Of a stretch of 64,000 nucleotides of DNA, positions 16,711-27,356 are shown piece after piece. The DNA comes from Lewinellaceae bacterium. Lineage in GTDB: Bacteria; Bacteroidota; Bacteroidia; Chitinophagales; Saprospiraceae. The notes below the pieces were generated by a model that ran no database searches, was not told where the DNA came from, and saw only the letters and a list, made by a program, of their open reading frames with translations. The DNA is taken from NCBI GenBank assembly GCA_947476195.1, contig CANJPT010000008.1, positions 1,084-65,083 on the forward strand. The letters are read 5' to 3'. Each line of letters starts with the position of its first letter. Position 1 is the first letter of the stretch. A program made the position numbers and the translations under genes.

Positions 16711-17298
16711 CTAATTCCAATCTGGTGTAGTACGCTGTCCCACGATGCGCACCTGAATTCCGGTGACATTAATCGAAGTATTGCCCTTCCAAATCATGAC
16801 AAAGCCCTTTTCTTGTACGCCCCAGGTATTATTAATATACGGGTCTTTGCAAGAAAGAAGGATCTCTTTATGCTCCTGATCAAAATTCCAACGGCCAGTA
16901 TCGACCACTTTGCCTTTGATGAGGATATCAAAGGTTTGATCCTCCCGGAATTGCAGCCATTTTGATTGGTAATTATGGTGGATGGTGGTATCACTGGGTT
17001 GGTAGGCCATGTTAAGGTGCCACCAGCCAGTGGCCAGGTATGCTTTTTTACTTGCTGAAGCCGGTGGGAATGCATCAATAGGCACAACTACCATTTTAGG
17101 TGGCTGGTGTACCTGATAAGTGCCTTGTAAGGTATCTGCCCGTTCCCCTTCAATCACGTGGGATGCCTTCATGCCATATTGTTTTTCTTCAGCAACAGGT
17201 GCCCCAACTGGTGCAATTGCGGTTGGTTTCTGGAGGTTTTTACAGGTTAAAATACCAACAGCAATAATGATAATACCAAGTAAGATATTGTATTTCAT
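16711..17298 (-). CDS. Hypothetical lipoprotein
   Basis: The track ORF 16711-17496 runs through a tRNA. The internal ATG 17298 gives MKYNILLGIIIIAVGILTC (lipobox). No family recognised. Confidence 0.6.
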   Translation of the reverse strand: MKYNILLGIIIIAVGILTCKNLQKPTAIAPVGAPVAEEKQYGMKASHVIEGERADTLQGTYQVHQPPKMVVVPIDAFPPASASKKAYLATGWWHLNMAYQPSDTTIHHNYQSKWLQFREDQTFDILIKGKVVDTGRWNFDQEHKEILLSCKDPYINNTWGVQEKGFVMIWKGNTSINVTGIQVRIVGQRTTPDWN

Positions 17299-17307
17299 GT
17301 TTTTTTT

Positions 17308-17346
17308 AGAAAAAATCCCTCGACAGCACAAAACTGAAGAGGGATG
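17308..17346 (-). terminator. Hairpin plus T-tract immediately 3' of tRNA-Arg
   Basis: The minus strand reads ATCCCTC-17 nt-GAGGGAT followed by TTTTTT. Confidence 0.45.
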
Positions 17347-17352
17347 GTGAAG

Positions 17353-17424
17353 TAGCTCCAAGTGGAATCGAACCACTATCAGAAGTTCCGGAAACTTCCA
17401 TTCTATCCGTTGAACTATGGAGCC
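17353..17424 (-). tRNA. tRNA-Arg (anticodon CCG)
   Basis: Manual cloverleaf: acceptor GGCTCCA/TGGAGCT (G1-U72 wobble), D arm GTTC-AACGGATA-GAAT, anticodon arm GAAGT-TTCCGGA-ACTTC, T arm AGTGG-TTCGATT-CCACT, discriminator A. No encoded CCA. Confidence 0.85.
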
Positions 17425-17568
17425 ATTTTGGTCTAAGGTTGTTCTACTATTTGGATAAGTTGGGCTGCAAAGGTATGTAAGCTCGGCATTTTTCAAAACG
17501 TATCTAAAAACTCTTCTTGATTTTCTACGTAGTCACTTCAAAACTTGTCCATATCCCTTTCAAAAACA

Positions 17569-18327
17569 CTACCAATGCTTACTGATATCGATCAATGCTG
17601 AGTCGATCCATTGCTTAGCTTCCTCGATTAATATTAACGGATCATCATTCCAGATCGGCTCGCCATAACGCACCTGTACCCGGATTTCCGGCTGACCAAA
17701 GCGACGAAAAAAATGGGGTATAAAGGTGTCTTTTCCTATCCAATGATCTTCTTTAGTGGAATAATCGATCGCGACAGGTACAATTGGGAAATTCTCCCCG
17801 GCAGCAAGTCTGAAACCGCCAGGCTTGAAGGAAGCAGTGATCGGTTCTGAATGTGTGGTACCTTCCGGGAATAGCAGGACCGGAAATCCTTCCCGCAATT
17901 TTTCAGCGATCCCTTCCAATGTTTTCTTTCGGCTGGCGGCACTTTCCCTTTTTAAAAAAAGCACACCCGAAACTTTTGCTCCAAACCCAATGATAGGCCA
18001 TTTGGCGACTTCTGCCTTGGAAACGGCATAAACCTTGGTATCATGCACAATTACCACCGGATCCAGATAAGAGCGGTGATTGCTCATTAAAATACAAGGA
18101 AAATCCGGGGGCGTACCACTTTTCTGAACCCGCACCCCGATGGCGGGCAATAAATGGCGTGCCCAGTATTGCCGGATCTTCATGGATCGACGGATATCCT
18201 GGCCCAGAATCAGACTGCTTATTATGATCTGACCAACTTTATTAATGGTATAAGTGGCAAAGTAAAATAGACGCCATAGCGCACGGAGATTTTTCATGGG
18301 AGAAGAATTCTTTAAAAGCAGGGGCAA
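17569..18327 (-). CDS. Lysophospholipid acyltransferase (PlsC/LPLAT family), second paralog
   Basis: HX4D motif (SNHRSYLDP) and FPEGTT. An alternative start is ATG 18297. Confidence 0.8.
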   Translation of the reverse strand: MPLLLKNSSPMKNLRALWRLFYFATYTINKVGQIIISSLILGQDIRRSMKIRQYWARHLLPAIGVRVQKSGTPPDFPCILMSNHRSYLDPVVIVHDTKVYAVSKAEVAKWPIIGFGAKVSGVLFLKRESAASRKKTLEGIAEKLREGFPVLLFPEGTTHSEPITASFKPGGFRLAAGENFPIVPVAIDYSTKEDHWIGKDTFIPHFFRRFGQPEIRVQVRYGEPIWNDDPLILIEEAKQWIDSALIDISKHW

Positions 18328-18672
18328 AAGTGAGTAAACTTGGGGAGAATTTTCAAAAGGGCGTCCAAGGGTTGGATATAATTGTCCAACTCGGATATAA
18401 ACATGCTTACTTTTGATATCAGATCTTCATGTAACTTCATCCGGAATCATGGATTCCACACCTGGGTATGCCTGAAGTAGTGCGGCATGGCTGAGTACTT
18501 TTCCGGCAGCAAATCCATCTGCATCTGTAGATCTCCCGAATGCATCACTTACTGAAATTGAGCAAACACACTCGATTGATACCGTATGGTTTTTACTTGC
18601 TTAAGTGCAAGGATAAAACAATGAAATTAGTGGTTCAGCATTAAGCCGAATGCCCATTTGTACCTTCGCGCC

Positions 18673-20082
18673 ATGCACCGCAGATTCATTTTTCCGATTG
18701 TCAGTATCGCCTTTTTAGGACTAACCATTTTTTTAGGGTATTTTGCGCAGCGCACAGATTTTCAAACCTTTATTGCAGCTTTTGCGGTATGCTTCGGATT
18801 GTATCTCTGGCTTGTATTTTATCCTCAAAAACATTTTTCAGCAGCAGAAAACCGCTATTGGATCTGGTTGGGCATTGGGCTTCGGGTCGTTTTACTTTTC
18901 AGTATTCCAAATCTTTCGGATGATTATGCCCGCTTTCTTTGGGACGGGCATCTGACGGTAGCGGGTATCCACCCGTTTGTCCATACGCCCGCTTATTTTA
19001 TGGACAATCAAATTTTCCCCAAGGGCATTACACCCGAGTTGTTCGGAAAACTTAACTCACCCGGATACTTCACCGTTTATCCGCCGGTTTGCCAGGCCGT
19101 ATTTGCACTGGCAGCCTGGCTTTTTCCATTCAATGAATTGGGTGGTGTAATTGTGATGAAGTTGTTTCTACTGGCATGTGAATTTGGAACGATTTATTTG
19201 CTCAGCACGCCTAATGATCCGGACGAAACGGATTTGCCAACTTTTAGAATATTGACAAATCTCAATGGAGCTTCCAGTCTGATTTATGCGCTAAACCCTT
19301 TGATAATATTGGAAATCTGCGGTAATTGTCACTTTGAAGGAGCCATGATATGCTTCCTGTTAGCCGGAATTACTGCTTTAAAACAGAGAAAGGTTGTCAA
19401 AGGTGCCATTTGGTGGGCTTTTGCTACAGCTACTAAAATGTTACCCATCCTGTTTTTACCAATTCTCTGGCGTTGGTTGGGTTGGCGAAAAGGTTGGAAA
19501 TTCAACCTGATGTTTAGCCTTGCCTGTCTCGTGCTTTTCGCGCCGCTCCTGGCCGTCCTGCCAAATATTTTAGAAAGTCTGGACCTCTATTTCAGGAAAT
19601 TTCAATTCAATGCAAGTGTTTACTACCTGGTACGGGAGGTCGGCATCCTAAAAACAGGCTGGGATATTGGCGTGCATTCTGGTCCGATACTGGGAGGATT
19701 GACCACATTAGGTGTGCTGATCATAGCATGGCGGACAAAACAATTCCATAAAGGAGAACCGACTTGCAGTATGTTTTCTGATTTTTCAGGCCCCTTTGGC
19801 CTAAACACAGCGATGTTCTTTGCGCTTTTTCTATACTTATCCTTTTCCGCCACCATTCAGCCCTGGTACGTAGCAGTCCCGCTGGCACTTTCCATAGGAA
19901 CGAATTGGCGGTTTATACTTGCATGGTCAGGCCTGGTCGTACTTTCTTACAGCCATTACGATGGCGGAGCGCGACAAGAGCACTACGGTTTGATCATTTT
20001 GGAATACGGGCTGATCTGGATAATATTTTTTTGGGAAGCAAGACAGATATTTCTTCTGAAACCAACCCGTATTTCTTCCTGA
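18673..20082 (+). CDS. Polytopic membrane protein, GT-C type glycosyl/mannosyltransferase-like (DUF2029/PIG-M-like)
   Basis: About 470 aa with more than 10 TM segments. The first extracytoplasmic loop ([21 protein letters not shown]) resembles the acidic loop motif of GT-C mannosyltransferases. ATG 18673 is preferred over TTG 18658. Confidence 0.45.
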   Translation: MHRRFIFPIVSIAFLGLTIFLGYFAQRTDFQTFIAAFAVCFGLYLWLVFYPQKHFSAAENRYWIWLGIGLRVVLLFSIPNLSDDYARFLWDGHLTVAGIHPFVHTPAYFMDNQIFPKGITPELFGKLNSPGYFTVYPPVCQAVFALAAWLFPFNELGGVIVMKLFLLACEFGTIYLLSTPNDPDETDLPTFRILTNLNGASSLIYALNPLIILEICGNCHFEGAMICFLLAGITALKQRKVVKGAIWWAFATATKMLPILFLPILWRWLGWRKGWKFNLMFSLACLVLFAPLLAVLPNILESLDLYFRKFQFNASVYYLVREVGILKTGWDIGVHSGPILGGLTTLGVLIIAWRTKQFHKGEPTCSMFSDFSGPFGLNTAMFFALFLYLSFSATIQPWYVAVPLALSIGTNWRFILAWSGLVVLSYSHYDGGARQEHYGLIILEYGLIWIIFFWEARQIFLLKPTRISS

Positions 20083-20152
20083 ACATTTCTACCTTCGCGG
20101 CGTTTTCGAGCCAATTTTAGCACACTCACCACTCACCACTTCTACATACAAA

Positions 20153-23008
20153 ATGAGTCTGTTCCCACACCCTGATCGCTTCGAGCGTAGGCATATCGGC
20201 CCTAGTGAAACCGAGACCCAGGCAATGCTCAAAGTCCTGAACGTCAAATCACTGGACGAATTGATCGCACAAACTGTTCCCGACTCCATTCGGCTGAAAA
20301 AGCCGCTCAATTTGCCGCCGGCACAGTCTGAATTTGAGTATTTGCAAGAACTTAAAAAGGCCGCCTCAAAGAACCGCATGATGCGCAGTTACATTGGGAT
20401 GGGCTACGCAGGTACCATCACGCCTCCTGTCATTTTGCGCAATCTTTTCAGCAATCCAGGCTGGTATACGCAATATACGCCTTATCAGGCTGAAATTGCG
20501 CAAGGCCGCTTAGAAAGCCTCCTCAATTTCCAGACCATGGTCTGCGACCTCACGGGCCTGCCGATCGCCAACGGAAGTCTGTTGGATGAAGGAACTGCTG
20601 CGGCAGAGGCGATGAACATGTTTTACCATGAAAAAAATAAACGTGCAAACGCCGGGGAGGAGGCCAACGAATTTTTTGTGTCCGATACCGTTTTGCCACA
20701 AACAATCGATCTGCTGAAAACCCGCGCCCTGCCCCATGGCATCGTGTTGAACATTGGCAATTGGAAGACTTTTGAATTTTCCGAAAAGACATTTGGCGTA
20801 ATTTTACAATATCCTGATAGTCAAGGTAATGTGTTCGACTACCGCGCATTTGTAGAAAAAGCCAAAGCAAATGGCGCATTTGTTTGCGTCGCTGCGGATA
20901 TACTTTCTCTTTCTTTGCTAACACCTCCCGGCGAATGGGGTGCTGATGTAGCCGTCGGCAATACACAGCGTTTTGGTGTTCCATTAGGCTATGGCGGGCC
21001 ACACGCTGCATTTTTTGCCTGCGGGGAAGACTTCAAGCGCCAGATTCCTGGTCGAATCATAGGCGTTTCGGTGGATAAGCATGGTAATCGCGCCTTGCGT
21101 ATGGCACTTCAAACCCGTGAGCAACACATTCGTCGCGAAAAAGCCACTTCTAATATTTGCACAGCGCAGGCTTTGCTGGCAAATATGGCTGCTATGTACG
21201 CAGTATATCACGGTCCAGATGGCATTCGGGGTATTGCACAACGTGCCCAAGACATGGCTGCAGCACTTTCAAGTGCCCTAAGTGGTGCTGGATTCAAACA
21301 AACCAACGCTTATTTTTTTGATACCCTCCGCTTTGAGTTTGCAGAAAGCAAGCTTGCTGACATCAGATCAAAAGCCGAGGCTGCTGGCATTAATTTTTTC
21401 TACGAAAAAAATTCCCTTCAGATAGCACTTGACGAGACTGTTACAGAGGACGATCTGAATGACATCCTGAAAGTATTTGGGGTAAATGGCCCTATCTCTA
21501 AGGTAACGATGCATAGTTCTGCTCTTTCACGCAGCAGCAAGTTTCTAACACATCCGGTTTTCAACTCCTACCATACGGAGAGCGATATGATGCGTTACCT
21601 CAAGCGACTCGAAAATCGTGATCTATCTCTGGTACATTCGATGATCTCATTGGGCTCCTGCACCATGAAATTGAATGCTGCTGCACAGATGATTCCTGTT
21701 AGTTGGGACAACTGGTCCAATATGCACCCGTTCATGCCGGTAGATCAGGCCCAGGGATATGCACACATCATCAGCGAATTAGAAAAATACCTCAATGAGA
21801 TTACAGGCTTCACGGCTTGTTCCTTACAGCCAAATAGTGGTGCTCAAGGCGAATACGCAGGCCTGATGGCCATTAGGGCTTACCACCAGGCAACTGGCGG
21901 TGCGCACCGAAATGTGTCACTCATTCCTTCTTCCGCGCACGGCACCAATCCTGCTTCTGCAGTAATGGCAGGCATGGTAGTTGTAGTAGTAGCTTGCGAC
22001 GAACGTGGAAATATTGACGTTTCGGATCTTCGAGCCAAAGCAGAGCAGCACGCTGAAAATCTTTCCTGCCTGATGGTCACTTATCCTTCTACGCACGGGG
22101 TATTTGAGACCAGTATCAAAGAAGTCTGCGACATTATCCACCAGCACGGAGGCAAGGTCTATATGGACGGCGCAAACATGAACGCTCAGGTTGGCCTCAC
22201 CAGTCCGGCGACCATTGGAGCAGATGTTTGTCACCTCAATTTGCACAAAACCTTCGCTATTCCGCATGGAGGCGGTGGCCCTGGAATGGGCCCTATCTGC
22301 TGCAACGATAGCCTTGCGCCCTATTTATCCAAACACGTATTTGCTGAAATGGGTGGTGCTCAAGGCACAAGCGCTGTTTCCGCCGCGCCTTGGGGAAGTG
22401 CCAGCATTCTGCTGATTTCTTACGCCTATATACGCATGCTGGGCGCCGAAGGCGTTACCAATGCTACAAAATACGCCATACTTAACGCGAATTATATCAA
22501 AGCCCGCCTCCAAGGAGCTTATGAGATTCTGTACACTGGCGAAAACGGCCGTTGTGCACATGAGATGATCGTCGATATGCGGCCTTTTAAAGCACTTGCC
22601 GGTGCTGAAGATATTGCCAAACGCCTGATGGATTACGGTTTCCACGCGCCGACGCTATCTTTTCCTGTAGCTGGTACGATCATGATTGAGCCAACAGAGA
22701 GCGAAAGCAAAGCCGAACTGGATCGTTTTTGCGATGCGCTTCTGGCTATTCGCGAAGAACTAGATGCCATTGCCCGGGGTGATTTTGACCACGATAATAA
22801 CCCGCTCCACAATGCACCGCATACTTGTGATGAAGTTACCAGTGATACCTGGACGCACAAGTATTCCCGTGAAAAAGCGGCGTTCCCATTGCCTTATCTG
22901 CGTCAGGGATATAAATTCTGGCCAACGGTAGGCCGCATTGATCAGGCCTTTGGCGATCGGAATCTGGTTTGTACCTGTCCGCCCATGGAAGCCTATGCAG
23001 AGGCTTAA
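20153..23008 (+). CDS. gcvP: Glycine dehydrogenase (decarboxylating), single-chain P protein
   Basis: 951 aa. [21 protein letters not shown] and [15 protein letters not shown] (PLP lysine) motifs. Confidence 0.97.
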   Translation: MSLFPHPDRFERRHIGPSETETQAMLKVLNVKSLDELIAQTVPDSIRLKKPLNLPPAQSEFEYLQELKKAASKNRMMRSYIGMGYAGTITPPVILRNLFSNPGWYTQYTPYQAEIAQGRLESLLNFQTMVCDLTGLPIANGSLLDEGTAAAEAMNMFYHEKNKRANAGEEANEFFVSDTVLPQTIDLLKTRALPHGIVLNIGNWKTFEFSEKTFGVILQYPDSQGNVFDYRAFVEKAKANGAFVCVAADILSLSLLTPPGEWGADVAVGNTQRFGVPLGYGGPHAAFFACGEDFKRQIPGRIIGVSVDKHGNRALRMALQTREQHIRREKATSNICTAQALLANMAAMYAVYHGPDGIRGIAQRAQDMAAALSSALSGAGFKQTNAYFFDTLRFEFAESKLADIRSKAEAAGINFFYEKNSLQIALDETVTEDDLNDILKVFGVNGPISKVTMHSSALSRSSKFLTHPVFNSYHTESDMMRYLKRLENRDLSLVHSMISLGSCTMKLNAAAQMIPVSWDNWSNMHPFMPVDQAQGYAHIISELEKYLNEITGFTACSLQPNSGAQGEYAGLMAIRAYHQATGGAHRNVSLIPSSAHGTNPASAVMAGMVVVVVACDERGNIDVSDLRAKAEQHAENLSCLMVTYPSTHGVFETSIKEVCDIIHQHGGKVYMDGANMNAQVGLTSPATIGADVCHLNLHKTFAIPHGGGGPGMGPICCNDSLAPYLSKHVFAEMGGAQGTSAVSAAPWGSASILLISYAYIRMLGAEGVTNATKYAILNANYIKARLQGAYEILYTGENGRCAHEMIVDMRPFKALAGAEDIAKRLMDYGFHAPTLSFPVAGTIMIEPTESESKAELDRFCDALLAIREELDAIARGDFDHDNNPLHNAPHTCDEVTSDTWTHKYSREKAAFPLPYLRQGYKFWPTVGRIDQAFGDRNLVCTCPPMEAYAEA

Positions 23009-23010
23009 TT

Positions 23011-23087
23011 AATGTGGTCAATGTGAATAAGGTGGTCAATGTGTCTTTTGCGCTCACATTGACCACATTATTCACATTGACCACATT
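23011..23087. repeat. Palindrome built from four 18-nt units (2 direct plus 2 inverted)
   Basis: 33-nt arms 23011-23043 / 23055-23087 with one mismatch and an 11-nt loop. Same unit as the 15591-15655 array. Confidence 0.8.
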
Positions 23088-23102
23088 TTAACAAATTGAC
23101 CC

Positions 23103-23834
23103 ATGACCTTTTTAACAGCAGAATGGCGCAAGTTGCTCATGGCAAATTATTTTGTACCGCCTGAGTTGTTAGCACCATACCTGCCTTTTGGCACCGAATT
23201 GGATCTCTGGCAAGGTCGATGCTACGTTAGTCTGGTGGGTTTTATGTTTATGAATACCAGGGTATTGGGGCTTTCTATTCCTTTTCACCGAAATTTTGAA
23301 GAAGTTAACCTGCGGTTTTACGTTCGACGTAAAGCAACAGATGGGGACGCCATTTCTACGCCACGCCGAGGGGTTGTTTTTATCAAAGAGATCGTACCGA
23401 AACCAGCCATAACCCTGGTAGCCAATACATTGTATGGAGAAAACTACGAGACCCATCGTATGCGTCATGCCTGGGATCAGCACCCGGAATTTCTAAAGGT
23501 AAGTTATGAATGGAAATCATTGTGGGGTAAGGAATGGTATAAAATGGCGGCAGAAACAGATCTGATTGCGAACTCAATTGCGGAAGGCAGCGAGGAAGAG
23601 TTTATCACAGAGCATTATTGGGGATATGCCAGCCTTGACGCAAAACACACGAATGAATATCAGGTAGAGCACCCGCGCTGGGACGTTTATAAAGTGCTCA
23701 GCCACGAGATCCGTGGAGATTTTGGCCGGCTTTACGGAAAGGAATTTGAGGCTATTTTAACCGGATCTCCTGCCTCAGTTTTTGTAGCCGAAGGTTCAGA
23801 GATATCCATATTGGGCAAGTCTAAAATAGGGTAG
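23103..23834 (+). CDS. DUF2071 family protein
   Basis: The N-terminus MTFLTAEWRKLLMANYFVPPELLAPYLP.G.ELD...G..YVSLVGF is the characteristic DUF2071 opening. Confidence 0.7.
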   Translation: MTFLTAEWRKLLMANYFVPPELLAPYLPFGTELDLWQGRCYVSLVGFMFMNTRVLGLSIPFHRNFEEVNLRFYVRRKATDGDAISTPRRGVVFIKEIVPKPAITLVANTLYGENYETHRMRHAWDQHPEFLKVSYEWKSLWGKEWYKMAAETDLIANSIAEGSEEEFITEHYWGYASLDAKHTNEYQVEHPRWDVYKVLSHEIRGDFGRLYGKEFEAILTGSPASVFVAEGSEISILGKSKIG

Positions 23835-23919
23835 TCAAAAAGTTTAGTGATTTTGCCAAAGGGATTTTAGAACAATGTTCTACTTTGCCGCTTAAATTAG
23901 CAGAACCTAAACTTATCCT

Positions 23920-25848
23920 ATGGCTTTTCTTGACAATCTATTCCGCAAAAAATCTATTGATGACGCCATCAAAACGGCGCAAAATGAAGAGATTCATGGC
24001 TCTGGTGGCTTGGATAAAAATCTGGGTGTCCGGGACCTGACAGCGTTTGGTATAGCCGCCATCATCGGAGCGGGTATCTTCAGCACCATTGGTTCGGCCA
24101 GTTACAATGGGGGGCCAGCAGTAGTTTTCCTCTTTATCTTTACAGCAGTTGCTTGTGGCTTTGCAGCCTTTGCCTACGCAGAGTTTGCCTCCATGGTACC
24201 TGTTTCTGGAAGTGCATACACCTACTCTTATGTTGCATTTGGCGAGCTGGTGGCCTGGATCATTGGCTGGGCGCTTGTCATGGAATATGCGGTGGGCAAT
24301 ATTACTGTCGCCGTATCCTGGTCAGGCTATTTCACAGGTTTATGCGACAGTGCCGGTTGGCATATCCCTCAATGGGCCACGACAGATTATGTCACAGCTC
24401 ACAGCGGCTTTGATTCAGCTACGGCTCTCTTGAAAGGAGGAAAAACAGAAGCTGCGTTCTCCCAATCCCAGCTCGAGTCTTTTTATGCCTGGAACTCAGC
24501 ACCACAAATCGGGGGCTTTCGGATGATCCTGGATATACCGGCCATTGTGATGTCTATTCTAATTACAGCACTGGTATACATTGGCATGAAAGAGTCAAAG
24601 ACTGCCGGTACTGTAATGGTAGTGCTGAAATTGATCGTAGTGTTGCTGGTCATCATAGTTGGAGCAGGATACGTAAATACAGATAACTGGCATCCATTTG
24701 TTCCCAATGGATTTGGTGGAGTAATGGCAGGCGTTTCGTCGGTATTTTTTGCTTACATTGGTTTTGATGCACTTTCAACCACCGCTGAGGAATGCAAAAA
24801 CCCACAACGCGATCTTCCCCGGGCCATGTTGTATTCGATCATTATTTGCACAATCCTATATATCATTATTGCCCTGGTACTTACGGGTATGGTGAGTTAC
24901 AAAGAACTGGATGTCAATGATCCACTCGCCTATGTTTTTAGTAAGATCAACCTAAAATGGTTTTCCGGCATTATTGCAGTGAGTGCTGTGTTCGCAATGG
25001 CTGGTGTATTTCTGGTATTCCAACTGGGTCAACCCCGTATCTGGATGACCATGAGTCGTGACGGTTTGTTGCCAAAGCGGTTTTCATACATCCATCCAAA
25101 ATACCGCACGCCTACCTTTGCAACCATCATAACCGGATTCTTTGTAGTAGTGCCCATGTTGGTCATTCCCAGTGATACGGTTCTTGACCTGTGCAGTATG
25201 GGGACCTTATTTGCCTTCGTATTGGTTTGTGGAGGCGTATTGAAACTTCAGATCCAGCCCGATGCGCCAAGAGGCAAATTTCGCACACCCTATATGAATG
25301 CCAAATGGATCTATCCACTGGCACTTGTAGCAGGCATCGTGTTCTTATTTGTTCGGTATGAGACAGACACCAAAGCATGGCTGAGCAATGAGCGGCAAAT
25401 ACATGGGGTAGAAGACTTGTTGCAAAATATTCCTGAGCGAGATATGCCCGCAGTAATAAGTGTACTTACCTTAAGGGATAGTATAGGCTTCACCGAAGCG
25501 AATGGAGTAGTTGCAGATTATCTGGAGGCCTTAAACGGGAATGATTACAGCCAAACGGTTGTTGCATTACCATTACCTGAAGACGCTAAATACGAGTCAG
25601 GCTTCCATCTGTTCAAGCACAAAATTCCAATGTGGCTTTTCATATTTACCTCCCTGACGATGGCTTTTCTGGCATTCAAGCATAACCTGTCTCTTATTCC
25701 TATTCTGGGCCTGGTCTCTTGTCTGTATATGATGGCCCAGATACCAGCCAAGAGCTGGTTAGGATTTTTTATTTGGCTGCTTGCTGGTTTGGTGATTTAC
25801 TTCGGATATGGATATTCTAATAGCAAACTGGCTAAAAAAGAGGCTTGA
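23920..25848 (+). CDS. APC-superfamily amino acid permease with long C-terminal extension
   Basis: 642 aa. GIAAIIGAGIF and FAYIGFDA motifs, 12 or more TM segments. Confidence 0.85.
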   Translation: MAFLDNLFRKKSIDDAIKTAQNEEIHGSGGLDKNLGVRDLTAFGIAAIIGAGIFSTIGSASYNGGPAVVFLFIFTAVACGFAAFAYAEFASMVPVSGSAYTYSYVAFGELVAWIIGWALVMEYAVGNITVAVSWSGYFTGLCDSAGWHIPQWATTDYVTAHSGFDSATALLKGGKTEAAFSQSQLESFYAWNSAPQIGGFRMILDIPAIVMSILITALVYIGMKESKTAGTVMVVLKLIVVLLVIIVGAGYVNTDNWHPFVPNGFGGVMAGVSSVFFAYIGFDALSTTAEECKNPQRDLPRAMLYSIIICTILYIIIALVLTGMVSYKELDVNDPLAYVFSKINLKWFSGIIAVSAVFAMAGVFLVFQLGQPRIWMTMSRDGLLPKRFSYIHPKYRTPTFATIITGFFVVVPMLVIPSDTVLDLCSMGTLFAFVLVCGGVLKLQIQPDAPRGKFRTPYMNAKWIYPLALVAGIVFLFVRYETDTKAWLSNERQIHGVEDLLQNIPERDMPAVISVLTLRDSIGFTEANGVVADYLEALNGNDYSQTVVALPLPEDAKYESGFHLFKHKIPMWLFIFTSLTMAFLAFKHNLSLIPILGLVSCLYMMAQIPAKSWLGFFIWLLAGLVIYFGYGYSNSKLAKKEA

Positions 25849-25878
25849 TTTTGTATTTTGAATAAAGATATTTGGAAT

Positions 25879-25933
25879 GAGGGTGTTTTTGAGTGGGGCC
25901 TTAGGGCCATGCAACTACTTCAGAAACACCCTC
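25879..25933 (+). terminator. Putative terminator hairpin after permease gene
   Basis: GAGGGTGTTT (25879-25888) / AAACACCCTC (25924-25933), with an inner GGCC-TTAG-GGCC hairpin in the loop. Confidence 0.3.
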
Positions 25934-25958
25934 ACTTATTTAGCACACCTTAATACAA

Positions 25959-27353
25959 ATGCGTACTCCTGTCCATTTTTTTATTCTTGCGTTGGTACTT
26001 TCATCCTGCACCATTTTCAAAAGCAGGGACACGCGTTCTGCCTTGAAAGTCAAAAGTGCAGTGGCCTGTTCCCCGGTTTTTTCAAAAGCTTTCACAGGGT
26101 TTACCCTGCTTGATCCGGTCAATGGAAAGACGCTGACGGATTATAATGGGGATAAGTACTTTACGCCGGCGTCTAACACGAAAGTTTTTACCCTGGCAAC
26201 TTGTCTGGAAGTTCTGGGAGATTCGGTGCCGGGATTAAAGGCAACAACCTATAAGGAGGGCTCCGAAACGATCAACTACCTAAAACCAACTGGGGACCCT
26301 ACTTTTTTACATCCGGAATTTGCTGCGTGGCAATCTGTTTTCCAATTTCTTAAGCATTGTTCAGGTCCAGCTACACTTGACTTGAATCATTTTAATGCGG
26401 GGCGATTTGGGCCTGGCTGGGCTTGGGATGACTATAACGAGGATTATTCCCCAGAGCGATCACCAATGCCAATATTTGGCAATGCGATAAAAATTCAGAA
26501 AATAGATTCTACCTGGCAGTTCTTTCCATTGAACGATTCGGATAATTGGGGCTGGAATCTGATGCGGGAAGGGACGATCAAGGACCTTCCAAACTACAAA
26601 GCACCCTTACGGGAAGAGCGTAGTAATATTGTCTATTTAAGCAAAGATATGCAGATCCGGCCTGGATTTAGTGCACAAATCCCTTTTTTACCTAAACCAA
26701 ATGTTGTCCAGTTACTACTAAATGATACAACTGGAAAAAATAATATTTCAATCCAGGAATCCTATTTTAAAGAGGAAGAACAGGCGGTAGACAATTTAAT
26801 TCCAAAAACATTGATCTGGCAAACGATCTATTCAACGCCAATAGATACGGTCCTCCGCAGGATGATGTATCAAAGTGATAATTTCATTGCGGAGCAGATG
26901 CTCATCGTTTGTTCATCGACAAAATTTGATCTGCTGCAACAAGACTCCATAATCAAATGGATGCTCGATAGTGTGCTTACCAGCCTTCCACAACGTCCTA
27001 AATGGGTAGACGGTTCCGGCCTCTCGCGCTACAACCTTATTACCCCGCAAAGCATCGTTCAGGTACTGCTAAAACTCTGGACAACACAGCCTCATGAACG
27101 AATATTATCGCTGTTCCCGGCAGGCGGCGTTGCGGGAACCCTATCCAATTGGTATGCGGGCAAAGATGGAAAGCCCTATGTTTTTGCCAAAACTGGCAGT
27201 ATGGGAGGGGTACATTGTCTAAGCGGATATGTGATTTGCAAAAGCGGCAAAACACTGATCTTCAGTTTTATGAACAACAATTTTGTAGGTAGCAATCGTG
27301 CCTGGAAAGTGGAAATGCAGCGTATTTTGGAAAAGATACGCTTACTATTTTAA
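25959..27353 (+). CDS. D-alanyl-D-alanine carboxypeptidase/endopeptidase (PBP4, peptidase S13)
   Basis: SxxK (PASNTK), SDN (YQSDNF) and KTG (AKTGSM) motifs. Lipoprotein signal (LVLSSC). Confidence 0.8.
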   Translation: MRTPVHFFILALVLSSCTIFKSRDTRSALKVKSAVACSPVFSKAFTGFTLLDPVNGKTLTDYNGDKYFTPASNTKVFTLATCLEVLGDSVPGLKATTYKEGSETINYLKPTGDPTFLHPEFAAWQSVFQFLKHCSGPATLDLNHFNAGRFGPGWAWDDYNEDYSPERSPMPIFGNAIKIQKIDSTWQFFPLNDSDNWGWNLMREGTIKDLPNYKAPLREERSNIVYLSKDMQIRPGFSAQIPFLPKPNVVQLLLNDTTGKNNISIQESYFKEEEQAVDNLIPKTLIWQTIYSTPIDTVLRRMMYQSDNFIAEQMLIVCSSTKFDLLQQDSIIKWMLDSVLTSLPQRPKWVDGSGLSRYNLITPQSIVQVLLKLWTTQPHERILSLFPAGGVAGTLSNWYAGKDGKPYVFAKTGSMGGVHCLSGYVICKSGKTLIFSFMNNNFVGSNRAWKVEMQRILEKIRLLF

Positions 27354-27356
27354 GTC

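Noticed and set aside
17299-17496. N-terminal 66 codons of track ORF 16711-17496.
   Set aside because: They read through a complete tRNA-Arg and its terminator. The internal ATG at 17298 gives a proper lipoprotein signal peptide.
18328-18672. 345-bp gap with a start-less protein-like frame on the minus strand (about 18447-18602: ...SDAFGRSTDADGFAAGKVLSHAALLQAYPGVESMIPDEVT*).
   Set aside because: It has no start codon and only about 52 codons, and I recognise no family. It may be a gene remnant, but the evidence is too thin to call a feature.
22836-23084. 82-aa minus-strand ORF (MVNVNNVVNV...LTTLFTLTTL...), and the repeat-encoded N-terminal extension of iscX (15582-15638).
   Set aside because: Both are translations of the 18-nt intergenic repeat units and of the antisense strand of the gcvP end. 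They are not genes.
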